Origin: a virus | Virus record (IMG/VR): IMGVR_UViG_3300032291_001290 | Coordinates: 37,417 to 101,416 of that record | DNA length: 64,000 nucleotides | Strand: one strand, 5' to 3' | Part shown: positions 19,574 to 30,004 of the stretch, piece after piece | How positions within the stretch are numbered: the first letter of the stretch is position 1 | How the letters are laid out: every line of letters starts with the position of its first letter | Translations under genes and position numbers: made by a program | The notes under the pieces: generated by a model | The model's database searches: none | Told to the model about the DNA's origin: nothing | Seen by the model: only the letters and a program-made list of their open reading frames with translations

Positions 19574-22500
19574 ATGGCACTAACATCTCCAGGCGTAGAA
19601 GTAACAATCATTGACCAAAGTCAGTATCTTCCAGCCCCAACCAATTCTGTTCCGCTTGTTATCTTAGCTACGGCGCAGAACAAAGCTAATGCGTCTGGCA
19701 CAGCAGTTGCACCAGCAACTACAGCCGCAAATGCCGGAAAACTATATCAAGTAACAAGTCAACGAGACTTGGTAGACTTGTACGGTACTCCGTTCTTTTA
19801 CACAACAACAAACGGTACACCAATTCAGGGCTATGAACTTAACGAGTATGGTCTATTAGCAGCATATAGTTTATTAGGTGCAACTAATCGTTGCTACGTA
19901 CTACGTGCAGATATCGATCTAGCTAGCTTAGTAGGACAAACAGGTCGTCCATCGGGCGAACCCGATAACGGCGCATACTGGTTAGATACTTCAACAACCA
20001 CTTGGGGCATTTATGAATTCAATGCTACAACAGGATTGTTTACATTGCAAATTCCTATAGTAATTACTGAATCGGCTAATATATCAGGTGGTGTTCCACT
20101 ATCTAGCATTGGTAGCATAGGTGATTATGCTATTAATGCAATACAAATTACAAATGAGCCTACTCAACAAGGTCAATATTTTTACAAGACTACCAACAAC
20201 GTATGGGTAGTGGTAGGTTCAGTAGATTGGCAAAATGATTGGCCAACTGCTCAGGGCACAGAATCAAATCCTACATTAAGTGCAGGTGATGTATTCAATA
20301 TTAATGTTAGTGGATTATATAACTTGACTGTTACAGTTCCTAATTCACCTAACAATAATGTAGCTGGTGTAGCAAGTGCTATTAACGCTTTAAATAACGG
20401 ATACGTAAGTGCTAGTGTTACTTCAGGAAGATTGAATGTATATTCAGCACAACCTGCAAGCGGAAATCAATATATTTCGTTTATTAACGTAAGTACTGGA
20501 ACAGCAGTTGAAGATTTAGGTTTAACAGAAGATCCGTTTGATTATTATCAAACTGCATTAGCATTTGGTACATCTGCTCAGATGCCATTATGGACATCAA
20601 GTCAAACAGTTCCTCGCCCGACTGGTTCTGTTTGGATCAAAATTGGCTCTGCTGGAAATGGATTAAATCCAGTATTATCTGAATACAATGCAACAACCGC
20701 TGCGTTTAATGCACGGAATGTTACTTTGTATACATCTGACTGGGCTGCCAGTGCAAGTCTTGATTCAAGTGGTGGACAAGCTATTCCTGCAGGAAGCATT
20801 TATGCACAGTATAATTTTACAGGTGTATTTGGAGAAGGTCCAGTTTACTTGTGGAAGAGAAGTGCATTAGGTCCTACTGTAGTTACTAGTAGTGTAACTG
20901 ATTATCTATCAACAATTACCGGAACTTTGTTTGCACAAATAAGTGTACCTGGTTCAGCAAGTTTATCAAGTACTACGTATCAAATACCAATAGCAACTGG
21001 CGATACAGCTACTGATTTCGTAACAGCATGGTCTGCTACTAACATTCCTTTTACACAAGCACTTGTGACTACAGATGGAGCAATTCAATTAGTTCACACT
21101 GAAGGTGGAGAAATAATTTTAGCTGACGTTTTCATTAGTGGTGGTAGTCAAGGTATTTCACAAGGTATCATTGACGAACTAGGATTTATCAGTGGTACAA
21201 CACCTGGTTGTAAATTTGGTACATCATATACATCATCATTTACTAAAGCAGTAACATCAACTTCAGGTAGTGGTATAAATGCAACAATTCAAGTTCAGGC
21301 ATTTTACGGTGTTTATAGATTAACAGGTGATGGTGTTGTTGCAAACGGTACAGGTTATGCAGTTGGTGACACATTAACAATCAGTGGTGCAACACTTGGT
21401 GGCACAACACCAGGGAACGATTTAGTATTAAAAGTCGCTACAATTTCAGGTGGTGGTGGTACTGGTCCTGCTACAGCGGTAACTTATGTTTCAGGTACAC
21501 CTGCAGTTTATTACGGAACTCAATTGAGTAATTGGGTAGAGTTTACTTATACAGCTAACGAAGGCGCTCCAGTAGCGGCACCTGCTAATAACACAAACTG
21601 GTTCTGGAGTGTTGTTGACCAAGTAGACATTATGGTACAATATAATGGTCAATGGAATGGCTACGGTAACTTAAACTATGATACTACAGGTTTCCCAACA
21701 TCAGGTGCCAACACAACAAATCCAACTGGTCCGATTATAAGTGCTAGTGAACCAACAACACAAACTGATGGTACTGCACTAGTATACGGTGATCTTTGGA
21801 TTGATACAAGTGACTTAGAGGCTTATCCTATCATCCGTCGCTGGGAAGTAATAGATGCTACCACAGATGGTTGGGTATTAATTGACAATGCAGATCAAAC
21901 AAGTTCTAGGGGTGCTGTATTCTTAGATGCACGTTGGGCAACAAATGGAACTACAAATCCAGTTGATGATCCTATTCCCTCAATCGTTAGTTTGTTAACA
22001 AGCGATTACGTTGATTTAGATGCTCCGGATCCTGCACTATATCCAGCTGGTATGTTGTTGTTCAACACACGCCGTTCAGGATACAATGTAAAACAATATA
22101 GAGTTAATTACTTTAATAGTTTAAGTTTCCCTGACGAAACATTACCAACAGTAACATCTGCTTGGGTAAGTGTTAGTGGGTTACAGTCAAACGGTGCACC
22201 ATACATGGGCCGTCAAGCACAACGTAACATGGTTGTTGAATCATTGCGTTCAGTAGTTGATACTAACACTGATATTCGTGATGAAGATAATTTCTTCAAC
22301 TTGTTAGCAGCACCTTATTACCCAGAACTACAACCTAACATGGTTGTATTGAATGCAGATCGCGGTGAAACAGGTTATATTATCGGTGACACACCAATGA
22401 GATTACCTGATGATGCTACTGCAATTCAAGCATGGGCTACTAACGCAGCCGGCGCAGAGAGTACAGGAGAAGCAGGTTGTGTAACACGTAATACATATCT

Positions 22501-23152
22501 AGGTCTATTCTACCCAAGTGGAATTGCACCTGACTTGAGTGGCAACTTAGTTGCTGTTCCCCCAAGTCACATGATGTTACGTACATTCTTACGTAATGAT
22601 ACTGTTGCTTATCCTTGGTTAGCACCAGCTGGTACACGCCGTGGTAACATTGACAATGCTACAAACATTGGTTACTTAGATGCAACTACTGGTGAGTTTA
22701 TTACAATAAAAACACGCTTAGGTATTCGTGATGTACTATACATTAACTTTATCAATCCATTAGTATTCTTTACTGGTATTGGTTTGTTGAACTATGGTAA
22801 CAAAACAAGTTTCAACTCACAGAGCGCATTAGATAGAGTAAACGTTGCACGTTTGATTGCTTATATTCGTAGACAATTAACATTGGCAGCAAGACCGTTC
22901 GTATTTGAACCAAATGACGCATTGACTAGAAATCAAATTGCTGGTGTAATTCAATCACTATTTGTCGATCTAGTTGCAAAACGCGGCATCTACGACTATC
23001 TTGTAGTCTGTGATGAAAGCAATAACACACCTGCAAGAATTGATAGAAATGAACTATGGGTTGACGTTGCAATTGAGCCTGTTAAGGCAGCTGAATTCAT
23101 CTACATCCCAGTTAGAGTTCTAAACACAGGTGAGATAGCATCATTGGGATAA
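19574..23152 (+). CDS. gp18: Contractile tail sheath protein (gp18-like), enlarged
   Basis: LTSPGVEVTIID N-terminus; PWLAPAG.RRG, INP, GNKT, LDRVNVARL, FVFEPND, IEPVKAAEFIYI C-terminal domain. Confidence 0.95.
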   Translation: MALTSPGVEVTIIDQSQYLPAPTNSVPLVILATAQNKANASGTAVAPATTAANAGKLYQVTSQRDLVDLYGTPFFYTTTNGTPIQGYELNEYGLLAAYSLLGATNRCYVLRADIDLASLVGQTGRPSGEPDNGAYWLDTSTTTWGIYEFNATTGLFTLQIPIVITESANISGGVPLSSIGSIGDYAINAIQITNEPTQQGQYFYKTTNNVWVVVGSVDWQNDWPTAQGTESNPTLSAGDVFNINVSGLYNLTVTVPNSPNNNVAGVASAINALNNGYVSASVTSGRLNVYSAQPASGNQYISFINVSTGTAVEDLGLTEDPFDYYQTALAFGTSAQMPLWTSSQTVPRPTGSVWIKIGSAGNGLNPVLSEYNATTAAFNARNVTLYTSDWAASASLDSSGGQAIPAGSIYAQYNFTGVFGEGPVYLWKRSALGPTVVTSSVTDYLSTITGTLFAQISVPGSASLSSTTYQIPIATGDTATDFVTAWSATNIPFTQALVTTDGAIQLVHTEGGEIILADVFISGGSQGISQGIIDELGFISGTTPGCKFGTSYTSSFTKAVTSTSGSGINATIQVQAFYGVYRLTGDGVVANGTGYAVGDTLTISGATLGGTTPGNDLVLKVATISGGGGTGPATAVTYVSGTPAVYYGTQLSNWVEFTYTANEGAPVAAPANNTNWFWSVVDQVDIMVQYNGQWNGYGNLNYDTTGFPTSGANTTNPTGPIISASEPTTQTDGTALVYGDLWIDTSDLEAYPIIRRWEVIDATTDGWVLIDNADQTSSRGAVFLDARWATNGTTNPVDDPIPSIVSLLTSDYVDLDAPDPALYPAGMLLFNTRRSGYNVKQYRVNYFNSLSFPDETLPTVTSAWVSVSGLQSNGAPYMGRQAQRNMVVESLRSVVDTNTDIRDEDNFFNLLAAPYYPELQPNMVVLNADRGETGYIIGDTPMRLPDDATAIQAWATNAAGAESTGEAGCVTRNTYLGLFYPSGIAPDLSGNLVAVPPSHMMLRTFLRNDTVAYPWLAPAGTRRGNIDNATNIGYLDATTGEFITIKTRLGIRDVLYINFINPLVFFTGIGLLNYGNKTSFNSQSALDRVNVARLIAYIRRQLTLAARPFVFEPNDALTRNQIAGVIQSLFVDLVAKRGIYDYLVVCDESNNTPARIDRNELWVDVAIEPVKAAEFIYIPVRVLNTGEIASLG

Positions 23153-23155
23153 AAT

Positions 23156-23180
23156 AAGAATGCCCCCTCGGGGGCATCTT
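23156..23180 (+). terminator. Hairpin after sheath gene (terminator or processing/stability stem)
   Basis: ATGCCCC-CTCG-GGGGCAT; short T tail. Confidence 0.55.
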
Positions 23181-23216
23181 AATAAAAAGATAAATAAAGA
23201 TACAGGAGATTAAAAA

Positions 23217-23852
23217 ATGGCAACAGCCTCACAATCATTGTTCAACATGACAGTAGCATCTGATAATGCTGGCGGTAATCAGGGCTTACTAATGCCCAAA
23301 CTACAATTCAGATTCAGAGTTAACTTTTTGAATTTTGGAGCAAGCGCAAGTTCAATCGAATTAACAAAACAGGTTATCGATTGCGCCCGTCCACAAGTAC
23401 AATTTGCAGAAATTACATTACCAATTTACAACTCAACAATGTATTTGGCAGGAAAAGCAACATGGCAAACACTAGCTATCAACGTTAGAGATGATGCGTC
23501 TGGAACAGTAGCAAGATTAGTTGGACAACAATTACAGAAACAAATGGACTTTGTTGAACAAGCATCTGCGGCTACAGGTCAAGATTATAAGTTCCAAACA
23601 AACATTGAAATCTTAGACGGCGGAAACGGTGCAAATGCTCCAATCGTTTTAGAAACTTGGGAATTGTATGGCTGCTTCTTGCAAACAGTCAACTACAATA
23701 CACTAAACTATGCAACAAACGAAGCAGTAACAATATCAATGACATTACGTTATGATAATGCAATTCAAAGCCCAATTGGCTCTGGTGTTGGTGCAGTTGT
23801 TGGTCGTGCCCTAGGTGGCGCTTCAGTAACAGGCATTGGCTCAGGTCAATAA
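23217..23852 (+). CDS. gp19: Tail tube protein (gp19-like)
   Basis: Follows sheath; RFRV.F, YLAGKATW..., WELYGCF...YNTL.Y...TISMTLRYD. Confidence 0.85.
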   Translation: MATASQSLFNMTVASDNAGGNQGLLMPKLQFRFRVNFLNFGASASSIELTKQVIDCARPQVQFAEITLPIYNSTMYLAGKATWQTLAINVRDDASGTVARLVGQQLQKQMDFVEQASAATGQDYKFQTNIEILDGGNGANAPIVLETWELYGCFLQTVNYNTLNYATNEAVTISMTLRYDNAIQSPIGSGVGAVVGRALGGASVTGIGSGQ

Positions 23853-23874
23853 TTAGTTTAGAAAAGTCTAGTAC

Positions 23875-25050
23875 ATGGCTGGATTTTTTCAAGATTTAAT
23901 CACAAACGCTGCCGGAACTTTTTTCGGCGGCGATTACCTTCGTGATTATACTCACGCTAGTAAAACATTTAGGACTAACGCATATCAATATGCACCTAAA
24001 TTCAAATATCTATTCCATGTCTACTTTGATATTAACTCTGAAGTATATTCACAAAATGTAAGTACTGGTGCTAATTTTGGTTTAGCAGTTAAAACAGTAA
24101 AACTTCCTAGCTTTACATTTGATACACATACATTAAATCAATATAATCGTAAAAGAATTGTACAGTCAAAAATCAAATATGATCCAGTAGACATATCTTT
24201 TCATGATGATAACGGCAACATCATACGAAGTATGTGGAAAGCATATTATAATTATTATTATGCTGACGGTACAAAACCTAGTGTGGTATTTGCTGGATCA
24301 AGGGGAGGGGCACCTGCTCAGCCTGGAGCTACTCTTGCTAACTACAATGAACGAACAACATACGTACCTTCTATAACAGGAAATGAATCGTGGGGTTATA
24401 TAGGTGATACTAATGTCCCAGCATCAGTTAGTGGTGTTAAGGTTCCGTTCTTTAAAAACATTACGGTTTTTGGTTTTAACCAACACAACTTTGTAGCGTA
24501 TACATTAATCAACCCTATCATTAGTAGATTAAGTCACGATACATATGATTATGCTCAAAACTCTGGTACTATGGAAATGCAAATGGGAGTAGAATACGAA
24601 ACTGTTGTATATAATGAAGGTGCTATTGATGGTAAGACTCCTAGCAACATTGTTACCGGTTTTGGATTAGATGCCAATTATGATAGAACAATAAGTCCAA
24701 TAGCAAGACCAGGTTCTAATGCAAAAATATTAGGACAAGGTGGTTTAGTTGAAGGTGTCGGCGGTGCAATTGAAGCATTTGGTCGTGGTGATATATTAGG
24801 TGGTATTCAAGCTGCAGGTACTACATACAACACATTTAAAAATAAAAATTTAAAACAAATTGCAAGAGCAGAGGTTATTAGTGGTATAAAAAATGCTGTT
24901 CAGCAAACTCCTAATAGAAATCTAACTGTTGTTACTCCTATCTTTGGAGCAAGCCCAACCACACTAGGAACAGCAGGTGCACCAGTTAATGGACAAGCTA
25001 CACCTCAATCAGTAGGTGTAAATCCCTACGCAGGCAAAAGAAATCCATAA
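23875..25050 (+). CDS. Tail tube-fold baseplate/tube initiator protein (gp48/gp54-like)
   Basis: VKTVKLPSF, NQYNRKR, YDPV.ISFHDD, tube-like second half; synteny. Confidence 0.6.
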   Translation: MAGFFQDLITNAAGTFFGGDYLRDYTHASKTFRTNAYQYAPKFKYLFHVYFDINSEVYSQNVSTGANFGLAVKTVKLPSFTFDTHTLNQYNRKRIVQSKIKYDPVDISFHDDNGNIIRSMWKAYYNYYYADGTKPSVVFAGSRGGAPAQPGATLANYNERTTYVPSITGNESWGYIGDTNVPASVSGVKVPFFKNITVFGFNQHNFVAYTLINPIISRLSHDTYDYAQNSGTMEMQMGVEYETVVYNEGAIDGKTPSNIVTGFGLDANYDRTISPIARPGSNAKILGQGGLVEGVGGAIEAFGRGDILGGIQAAGTTYNTFKNKNLKQIARAEVISGIKNAVQQTPNRNLTVVTPIFGASPTTLGTAGAPVNGQATPQSVGVNPYAGKRNP

Positions 25051-25075
25051 TATTTAGGTAATAAATAAACGTATT

Positions 25076-25435
25076 ATGCCAAGAATATTAGATACCCGCT
25101 CAACATTAGATAACACAATCAGAATTTTTGATTCGTTTTATGCATTAGATTTAATCGTTAATGGAAACGAGTATGACATTGTGCATGGTTATTTTATATC
25201 AATTTGTGAAACAAAAAATATTGCTGATAATTTTACTGCGGTGTTTTTTAGAGTTTCGCAAGATACCGGGATTACTGCATTAGATTTATTAGACCAAATT
25301 AAAGGTACTAAGAAAATGGAAATGAATCAGATTCTTGCTTACTATCTTAATAGTTTCAAATCTAAAACATCTTTGTATGGAATCAGTGTTCGACCAAGAC
25401 CTAATCAACCGGTTCAACGTAACATAGTACAATAA
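25076..25435 (+). CDS. Hypothetical virion-associated protein
   Basis: ORF in tail cluster with TAAATA upstream. Confidence 0.6.
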   Translation: MPRILDTRSTLDNTIRIFDSFYALDLIVNGNEYDIVHGYFISICETKNIADNFTAVFFRVSQDTGITALDLLDQIKGTKKMEMNQILAYYLNSFKSKTSLYGISVRPRPNQPVQRNIVQ

Positions 25436-25436
25436 T

Positions 25437-25874
25437 ATGAGAAGTTGGGCACAAGGTATATTCACTCCCAAAAATCCACAGAAGTATGTAGGTAAACACA
25501 AACCTAAATACAGATCAGGCTGGGAATTAACCTTCATGACCTTTTGTGATACTAACAAAAATGTAACACATTGGGCTAGTGAATCAATGTCTATACCATA
25601 TAGAAGCCCACTAGATGGCAAAGTACATATGTACATACCAGATTTTTTTGTAGTTTATCAAAACAAATATGGTAAACAACTTGCGGAAGTTGTTGAAATA
25701 AAACCTAAAAAACAAAGTTTAATTGAAAGTCGTATTGCAAGTGCTAAAGATAGAGCAGTCGTTGCAGTAAACCACGCAAAGTGGCAATCAGCCATGGCAT
25801 ATTGTAAAGCACAAGGCTTTACGTTTAGAGTAATTACAGAGGATGATCTTTTTAGAAATGGTTCACGAAAGTAA
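25437..25874 (+). CDS. gp4: Head completion nuclease (T4 gp4, TnsA-like)
   Basis: PKNPQKY.G, YRSGWE..FM..CD, WASE..IPY, Y.PDF, EIKP, N.AKW, F.VITE. Confidence 0.9.
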   Translation: MRSWAQGIFTPKNPQKYVGKHKPKYRSGWELTFMTFCDTNKNVTHWASESMSIPYRSPLDGKVHMYIPDFFVVYQNKYGKQLAEVVEIKPKKQSLIESRIASAKDRAVVAVNHAKWQSAMAYCKAQGFTFRVITEDDLFRNGSRK

Positions 25875-25885
25875 ATAAATACTTT

Positions 25886-26368
25886 ATGACCAAAAAATTA
25901 GAAGAATTATTTGAATTGCCACAAAACGATATTGATAGTTTATCTAGACCTATCCCTGAAAATGCAGAATTAGTCACTACAACTGCATTAGATAACTTAA
26001 CAAAGATTGAAGAAGCATTACCACAAGTACGTGGATTAGAAGCCGCTGACGGAGAAATGGATGAATTAGCAAGTTTAGCAACATCAAGTTATAAAGACTT
26101 AATGGATTTAGGAATGCAGGTTGACAGTCGTTTTGCTAGTGAAATTTTCAATAGTGCTAGTAGTATGCTAGGCCATGCTATTACAGCTAAAACAGCCAAA
26201 TTAAACAAGAAATTAAAAATGATTGAGTTGCAATTAAAGAAAGCAACACTAGATCAAAAAGTTGCTAGTAAAACTGAAGAAATCGAAAACACTCCTCTGG
26301 GTGAAGGTAGAGAACTTGATAGAAATGAATTGTTAAAAATACTAGCAGGCAAAACTAATGAAAAATGA
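25886..26368 (+). CDS. Possible terminase small subunit (gp16-like)
   Basis: Helical ~160 aa, SRFASEIF...ML and C-terminal RNELLK reminiscent of TerS; weak. Confidence 0.35.
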   Translation: MTKKLEELFELPQNDIDSLSRPIPENAELVTTTALDNLTKIEEALPQVRGLEAADGEMDELASLATSSYKDLMDLGMQVDSRFASEIFNSASSMLGHAITAKTAKLNKKLKMIELQLKKATLDQKVASKTEEIENTPLGEGRELDRNELLKILAGKTNEK

Positions 26369-26394
26369 TAAATAATATATACAGGAATTAAGAA

Positions 26395-27018
26395 ATGAAA
26401 AGCCTAAAACGATACATTATGGAAAGTGTACATACTTACAATTACACTATCAAAATTGCCGGAGAAGTTGATAAAAACTTTTTAGACATGTTTAAGTACA
26501 ATCTAAACAAGTTTGACCCTATCAAAATTCACGATCCGGTTTCAACCCCTATACAAAAAGACCCGTATGGTTTCCCCAACGTATCTAATCAACCAGTAAC
26601 AATAATCAAAGCTGAATTTAGATATCCAGCAACTGAACCAATGATTCAGCAGATTGCACAATTATTAGGTTACAATGTAGATTTTGTGCGTGTTGTAAGT
26701 ACAAACTTTGATGATAGTATCAACAGCGAAATGGTTGGTTATGAAAACGAGATGAGTCATACTCCAGTTCTTACACATGAAGAAATGGAAGAACAACCTG
26801 GTGCAAAAGAAGCAAGCAAAGCATATGGTGATTCATATCTAACTTCTATAAAAGACCAAATGAAGGGCGATAAGATTGATCTAACATATGCAGGTAAAAA
26901 GACCGCAGATGCGTTTGATCCATTCAAGCCATATTTAGATGACAAGTCAATGGGTGATAAGAGCCCAATGACAAAAATTACACGACCACCAAAGCCAAAA
27001 ACTGGCGCAATGGTTTAA
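26395..27018 (+). CDS. Hypothetical head-associated protein
   Basis: MKSLKRYIME CTS-like N-terminus; late promoter 26367. Confidence 0.6.
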   Translation: MKSLKRYIMESVHTYNYTIKIAGEVDKNFLDMFKYNLNKFDPIKIHDPVSTPIQKDPYGFPNVSNQPVTIIKAEFRYPATEPMIQQIAQLLGYNVDFVRVVSTNFDDSINSEMVGYENEMSHTPVLTHEEMEEQPGAKEASKAYGDSYLTSIKDQMKGDKIDLTYAGKKTADAFDPFKPYLDDKSMGDKSPMTKITRPPKPKTGAMV

Positions 27019-27036
27019 TTATCAAGGAAAAATAAA

Positions 27037-29907
27037 ATGAATTTTAGAAACTTATTACAATCACTAGACCAGTTAAGTGAAGCTACAGAAAAAACTAAAA
27101 CTGGAGTAACACATACTAGTGAGCCAGGTGGTTATGGTCGCAAATTTGACGTTGGTGCTGATGCATCAGATGAGCCAAAGAAAAAACGCGGCGGGCAAGA
27201 AAAAGATGAAGGTCCTAAAGCAGGTAAAGACATTCCAAAAGGTGATATATTTGGTCGTACAACAGGCAAAGCACCTGTAGGTAAAAAAGGAACAGTACAT
27301 TCTAAAATGAAGGCTGGTGACAAAGCTGAAAAGGATGCTGAGAAGGCCGAAAAGAAAGAAGAAAAAAAGAAAAGTACTTTAAAAGATTGGTTTGATCAAT
27401 TAGATAAAGAAGTAATGAATGAAGGTGGATTATCTGTTCAACCTATTCCAGCGCCAAAGCAACAAACTGGTCAAAACTTTATGATTAAGGATCCATCAAA
27501 TCCTCAAGCGGCAGCAATCACAACAAGTGATCCAGCAGTTATTGATGCCGCTAAGAAGGGTACGTTATCAATGCATAAGCCAGGAGCAAGTCCTACAGCA
27601 TCTAGTGCTACACCAACAACAGGTGCAGGTTCACAAGTTGGTGCAATGTCAGAAAATGAAATGCCCGGAGCAGGTAGCAAAGAAGCATTGGCAAAACAAA
27701 TTTACGATCTTGGAATGAGTATTCATACCAACGATAGAATATATAATCAAGACGATCCTGAAGGCAAAGCACAGTTAGCCAAATTAAAAGCACAATTTGC
27801 TCAACAATTTCCCGGTGAAGATCCACATAAATTAGGAAGCACTATTAGTCATAACGAATATCAAACTCGACAACAACAAAATGTTGCTCAAGCCAAGCAA
27901 ATACCAGCGAGTATCATGCAAAAGGCCAAGAATGCCTTAGGTGGTATGTTTGAAGAAGGTGACGTAGGCAAACACAACAATGCTACTACAGGCTTTGATG
28001 CATTAGTTAAAAAACTAACACCAAAGTATGGTGTAGCGGCTGCAAAGCGTATTGCTGGTTCACAACTAAAGAAAATCAAAGAAGCTGAAAGACCAGAAAA
28101 TTTTGCACAAGCAAGTCCGTTAAGTGGTACTGCTAGAAGCAACGTTGCACTAGAAAGTAAAAAATCTAAACCAGATGCAAATAAAAATGGTATCCCTGAC
28201 TACGCAGAAGATGGCAAGGGTCCCAACGACACAAAGAAAAAGAAAGTTAAAGAAGATATGGATTCAGAATCAAAGACTGATAAATTACCATCGATGGCAC
28301 ACATTAAGAAAATGTGCAAGGATGGAAAGTCTGTAGCAGAAATTTGCAAAATGCATCCTAATTGTGATCAAAAAGAATTGAAACAAATGATAGCTGATTG
28401 CAAAAAGAAAATGGTTAAAGAAGGTATGGAGCACCATTTAAAAGCAGCCTATCATGAAGGCAAGAGTCATGGGTTATCAAAGATGCCGTATAATTGCAGA
28501 CATGATAACATGGAAGAAGCCCGTCAATATCACGAAGGTTATAAGTGCGGGCTTGATGAATGTTATGGACAAATGCCAATTCAAGGTTATGTTGGTGAGA
28601 TGAATAATGAAGTAGAAAACATGGCTAGTTACGGCGCACGTACACCTGCTATGGAAGATGACATGTATGAAATGGATAAAACTTCTTATATGAAACAACA
28701 GGCGGCAAAGACTCCCGGTGATACATTTAAGGCGTTTGGACAAACTTTCAATGACAGTGATGTACTAGATGAATTTGCTTTTGAATCATTAGACAATCAG
28801 TTAAATGCACTACTTGAAAGTGACAACAAAGTTTCAGAAGGCATGACTGTTTCTATCAGCAAAGGTCAACAGGGTGCCCCTGATTCAGTATCAGTATCAG
28901 CACAAGATGGCGAAGCAGACCAATTGCTATCCATTATCAAGACTGCAGGTTTAGGCTTGTTTGGCGGCGAAGACAAAGGTGGTTACGGTGCTCCGCAAGG
29001 TGGTAACTCCCCCGGTGGTATCAGTGTAGTAGATGATCACGACGGCATGATGGATTTAATGAGAAAATTATCAGGTGGCAATGAAGTATCTGATGGTGAT
29101 TACGAAGATGAAGAAGGTCATTACGGACATGAACATGAAGAAGTGTGCGAAATGTGTAATGAAAGTCCATGCGGATGCAATGAAGAACAAATTGATGAAG
29201 TAGAATCAGAAGATCAAATGGCATATGAAGTTGCTGAAGCAAATGCCCCTGATTCAGGTGCTGATAATACCAATGCTGATGTTGCAGGTCAAGTAGGTAG
29301 TGATAACGCACTAGCAATAGCAGATGCAGGTCAAGATGAAGAAGAAGGTAAAGTATACTCAAGTCCTACTAATGAAGCTGAAGATGAAACTGGCGAAGAA
29401 GCTGGCAAAGAAGAAGAAAAGAAAGAAGGAATGTCAGAGTCAAGTTTCTTTAATCTTTACAAGAAATTGGCAATGTTATCAGAAGAATCAACTAGTGAAA
29501 AAGATGACAAAGCTGAAAAGGCTGCAAAGAAAGTTGCTAAGGATATCGAATATGACGAAGGTCATAAAGGTAAAGACGATGACAAAGCAGAACGTGCCGG
29601 TAGCAAAGTAAAAAAAGACATTGAGTATGATGATAAGAAAGACAAAAAAGAGAAAAAACTAGACGAGTGGGCAAATGAAGCTGGTCCAGGAAAAACTGTG
29701 TCTGATACAACATTTGAAACAGATATTGATTTCATGATGAACATCATAAGTGGTGGATTGAACAAACGTAAATCTACTGGTCAATCAACTATCCCTGTTC
29801 TTGCTAACCAAGTTAATCGTACAGTATCTCACGGTACAACAGATATTAACGAATCAAAAATGTTAAATGAATCAGTTAGTGATTGGAAAAAACTAGCAGG
29901 TATCTAA
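27037..29907 (+). CDS. Large acidic/basic modular protein, probable prohead core/internal protein
   Basis: Charged segments punctuated by [LVIM]xE sites; ends DWKKLAGI. Confidence 0.6.
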   Translation: MNFRNLLQSLDQLSEATEKTKTGVTHTSEPGGYGRKFDVGADASDEPKKKRGGQEKDEGPKAGKDIPKGDIFGRTTGKAPVGKKGTVHSKMKAGDKAEKDAEKAEKKEEKKKSTLKDWFDQLDKEVMNEGGLSVQPIPAPKQQTGQNFMIKDPSNPQAAAITTSDPAVIDAAKKGTLSMHKPGASPTASSATPTTGAGSQVGAMSENEMPGAGSKEALAKQIYDLGMSIHTNDRIYNQDDPEGKAQLAKLKAQFAQQFPGEDPHKLGSTISHNEYQTRQQQNVAQAKQIPASIMQKAKNALGGMFEEGDVGKHNNATTGFDALVKKLTPKYGVAAAKRIAGSQLKKIKEAERPENFAQASPLSGTARSNVALESKKSKPDANKNGIPDYAEDGKGPNDTKKKKVKEDMDSESKTDKLPSMAHIKKMCKDGKSVAEICKMHPNCDQKELKQMIADCKKKMVKEGMEHHLKAAYHEGKSHGLSKMPYNCRHDNMEEARQYHEGYKCGLDECYGQMPIQGYVGEMNNEVENMASYGARTPAMEDDMYEMDKTSYMKQQAAKTPGDTFKAFGQTFNDSDVLDEFAFESLDNQLNALLESDNKVSEGMTVSISKGQQGAPDSVSVSAQDGEADQLLSIIKTAGLGLFGGEDKGGYGAPQGGNSPGGISVVDDHDGMMDLMRKLSGGNEVSDGDYEDEEGHYGHEHEEVCEMCNESPCGCNEEQIDEVESEDQMAYEVAEANAPDSGADNTNADVAGQVGSDNALAIADAGQDEEEGKVYSSPTNEAEDETGEEAGKEEEKKEGMSESSFFNLYKKLAMLSEESTSEKDDKAEKAAKKVAKDIEYDEGHKGKDDDKAERAGSKVKKDIEYDDKKDKKEKKLDEWANEAGPGKTVSDTTFETDIDFMMNIISGGLNKRKSTGQSTIPVLANQVNRTVSHGTTDINESKMLNESVSDWKKLAGI

Positions 29908-29920
29908 TACTAGCTAAACT

Positions 29921-29952
29921 AAAATACCCGGCTTTTAGTCGGGTATTTTTTT
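29921..29952 (+). terminator. Intrinsic terminator
   Basis: AAAATACCCGGCT-TTT-AGTCGGGTATTTTTTT. Confidence 0.85.
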
Positions 29953-30004
29953 GGACATCCATTTATGTAAAAACGATAAATACATTATAAATAGGTAAAC
30001 AAAT

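Noticed and set aside
25437-25874. Tn7 TnsA transposase
   Set aside because: Motifs and position among tail/head genes fit T4 gp4; no TnsB/C or terminal repeats
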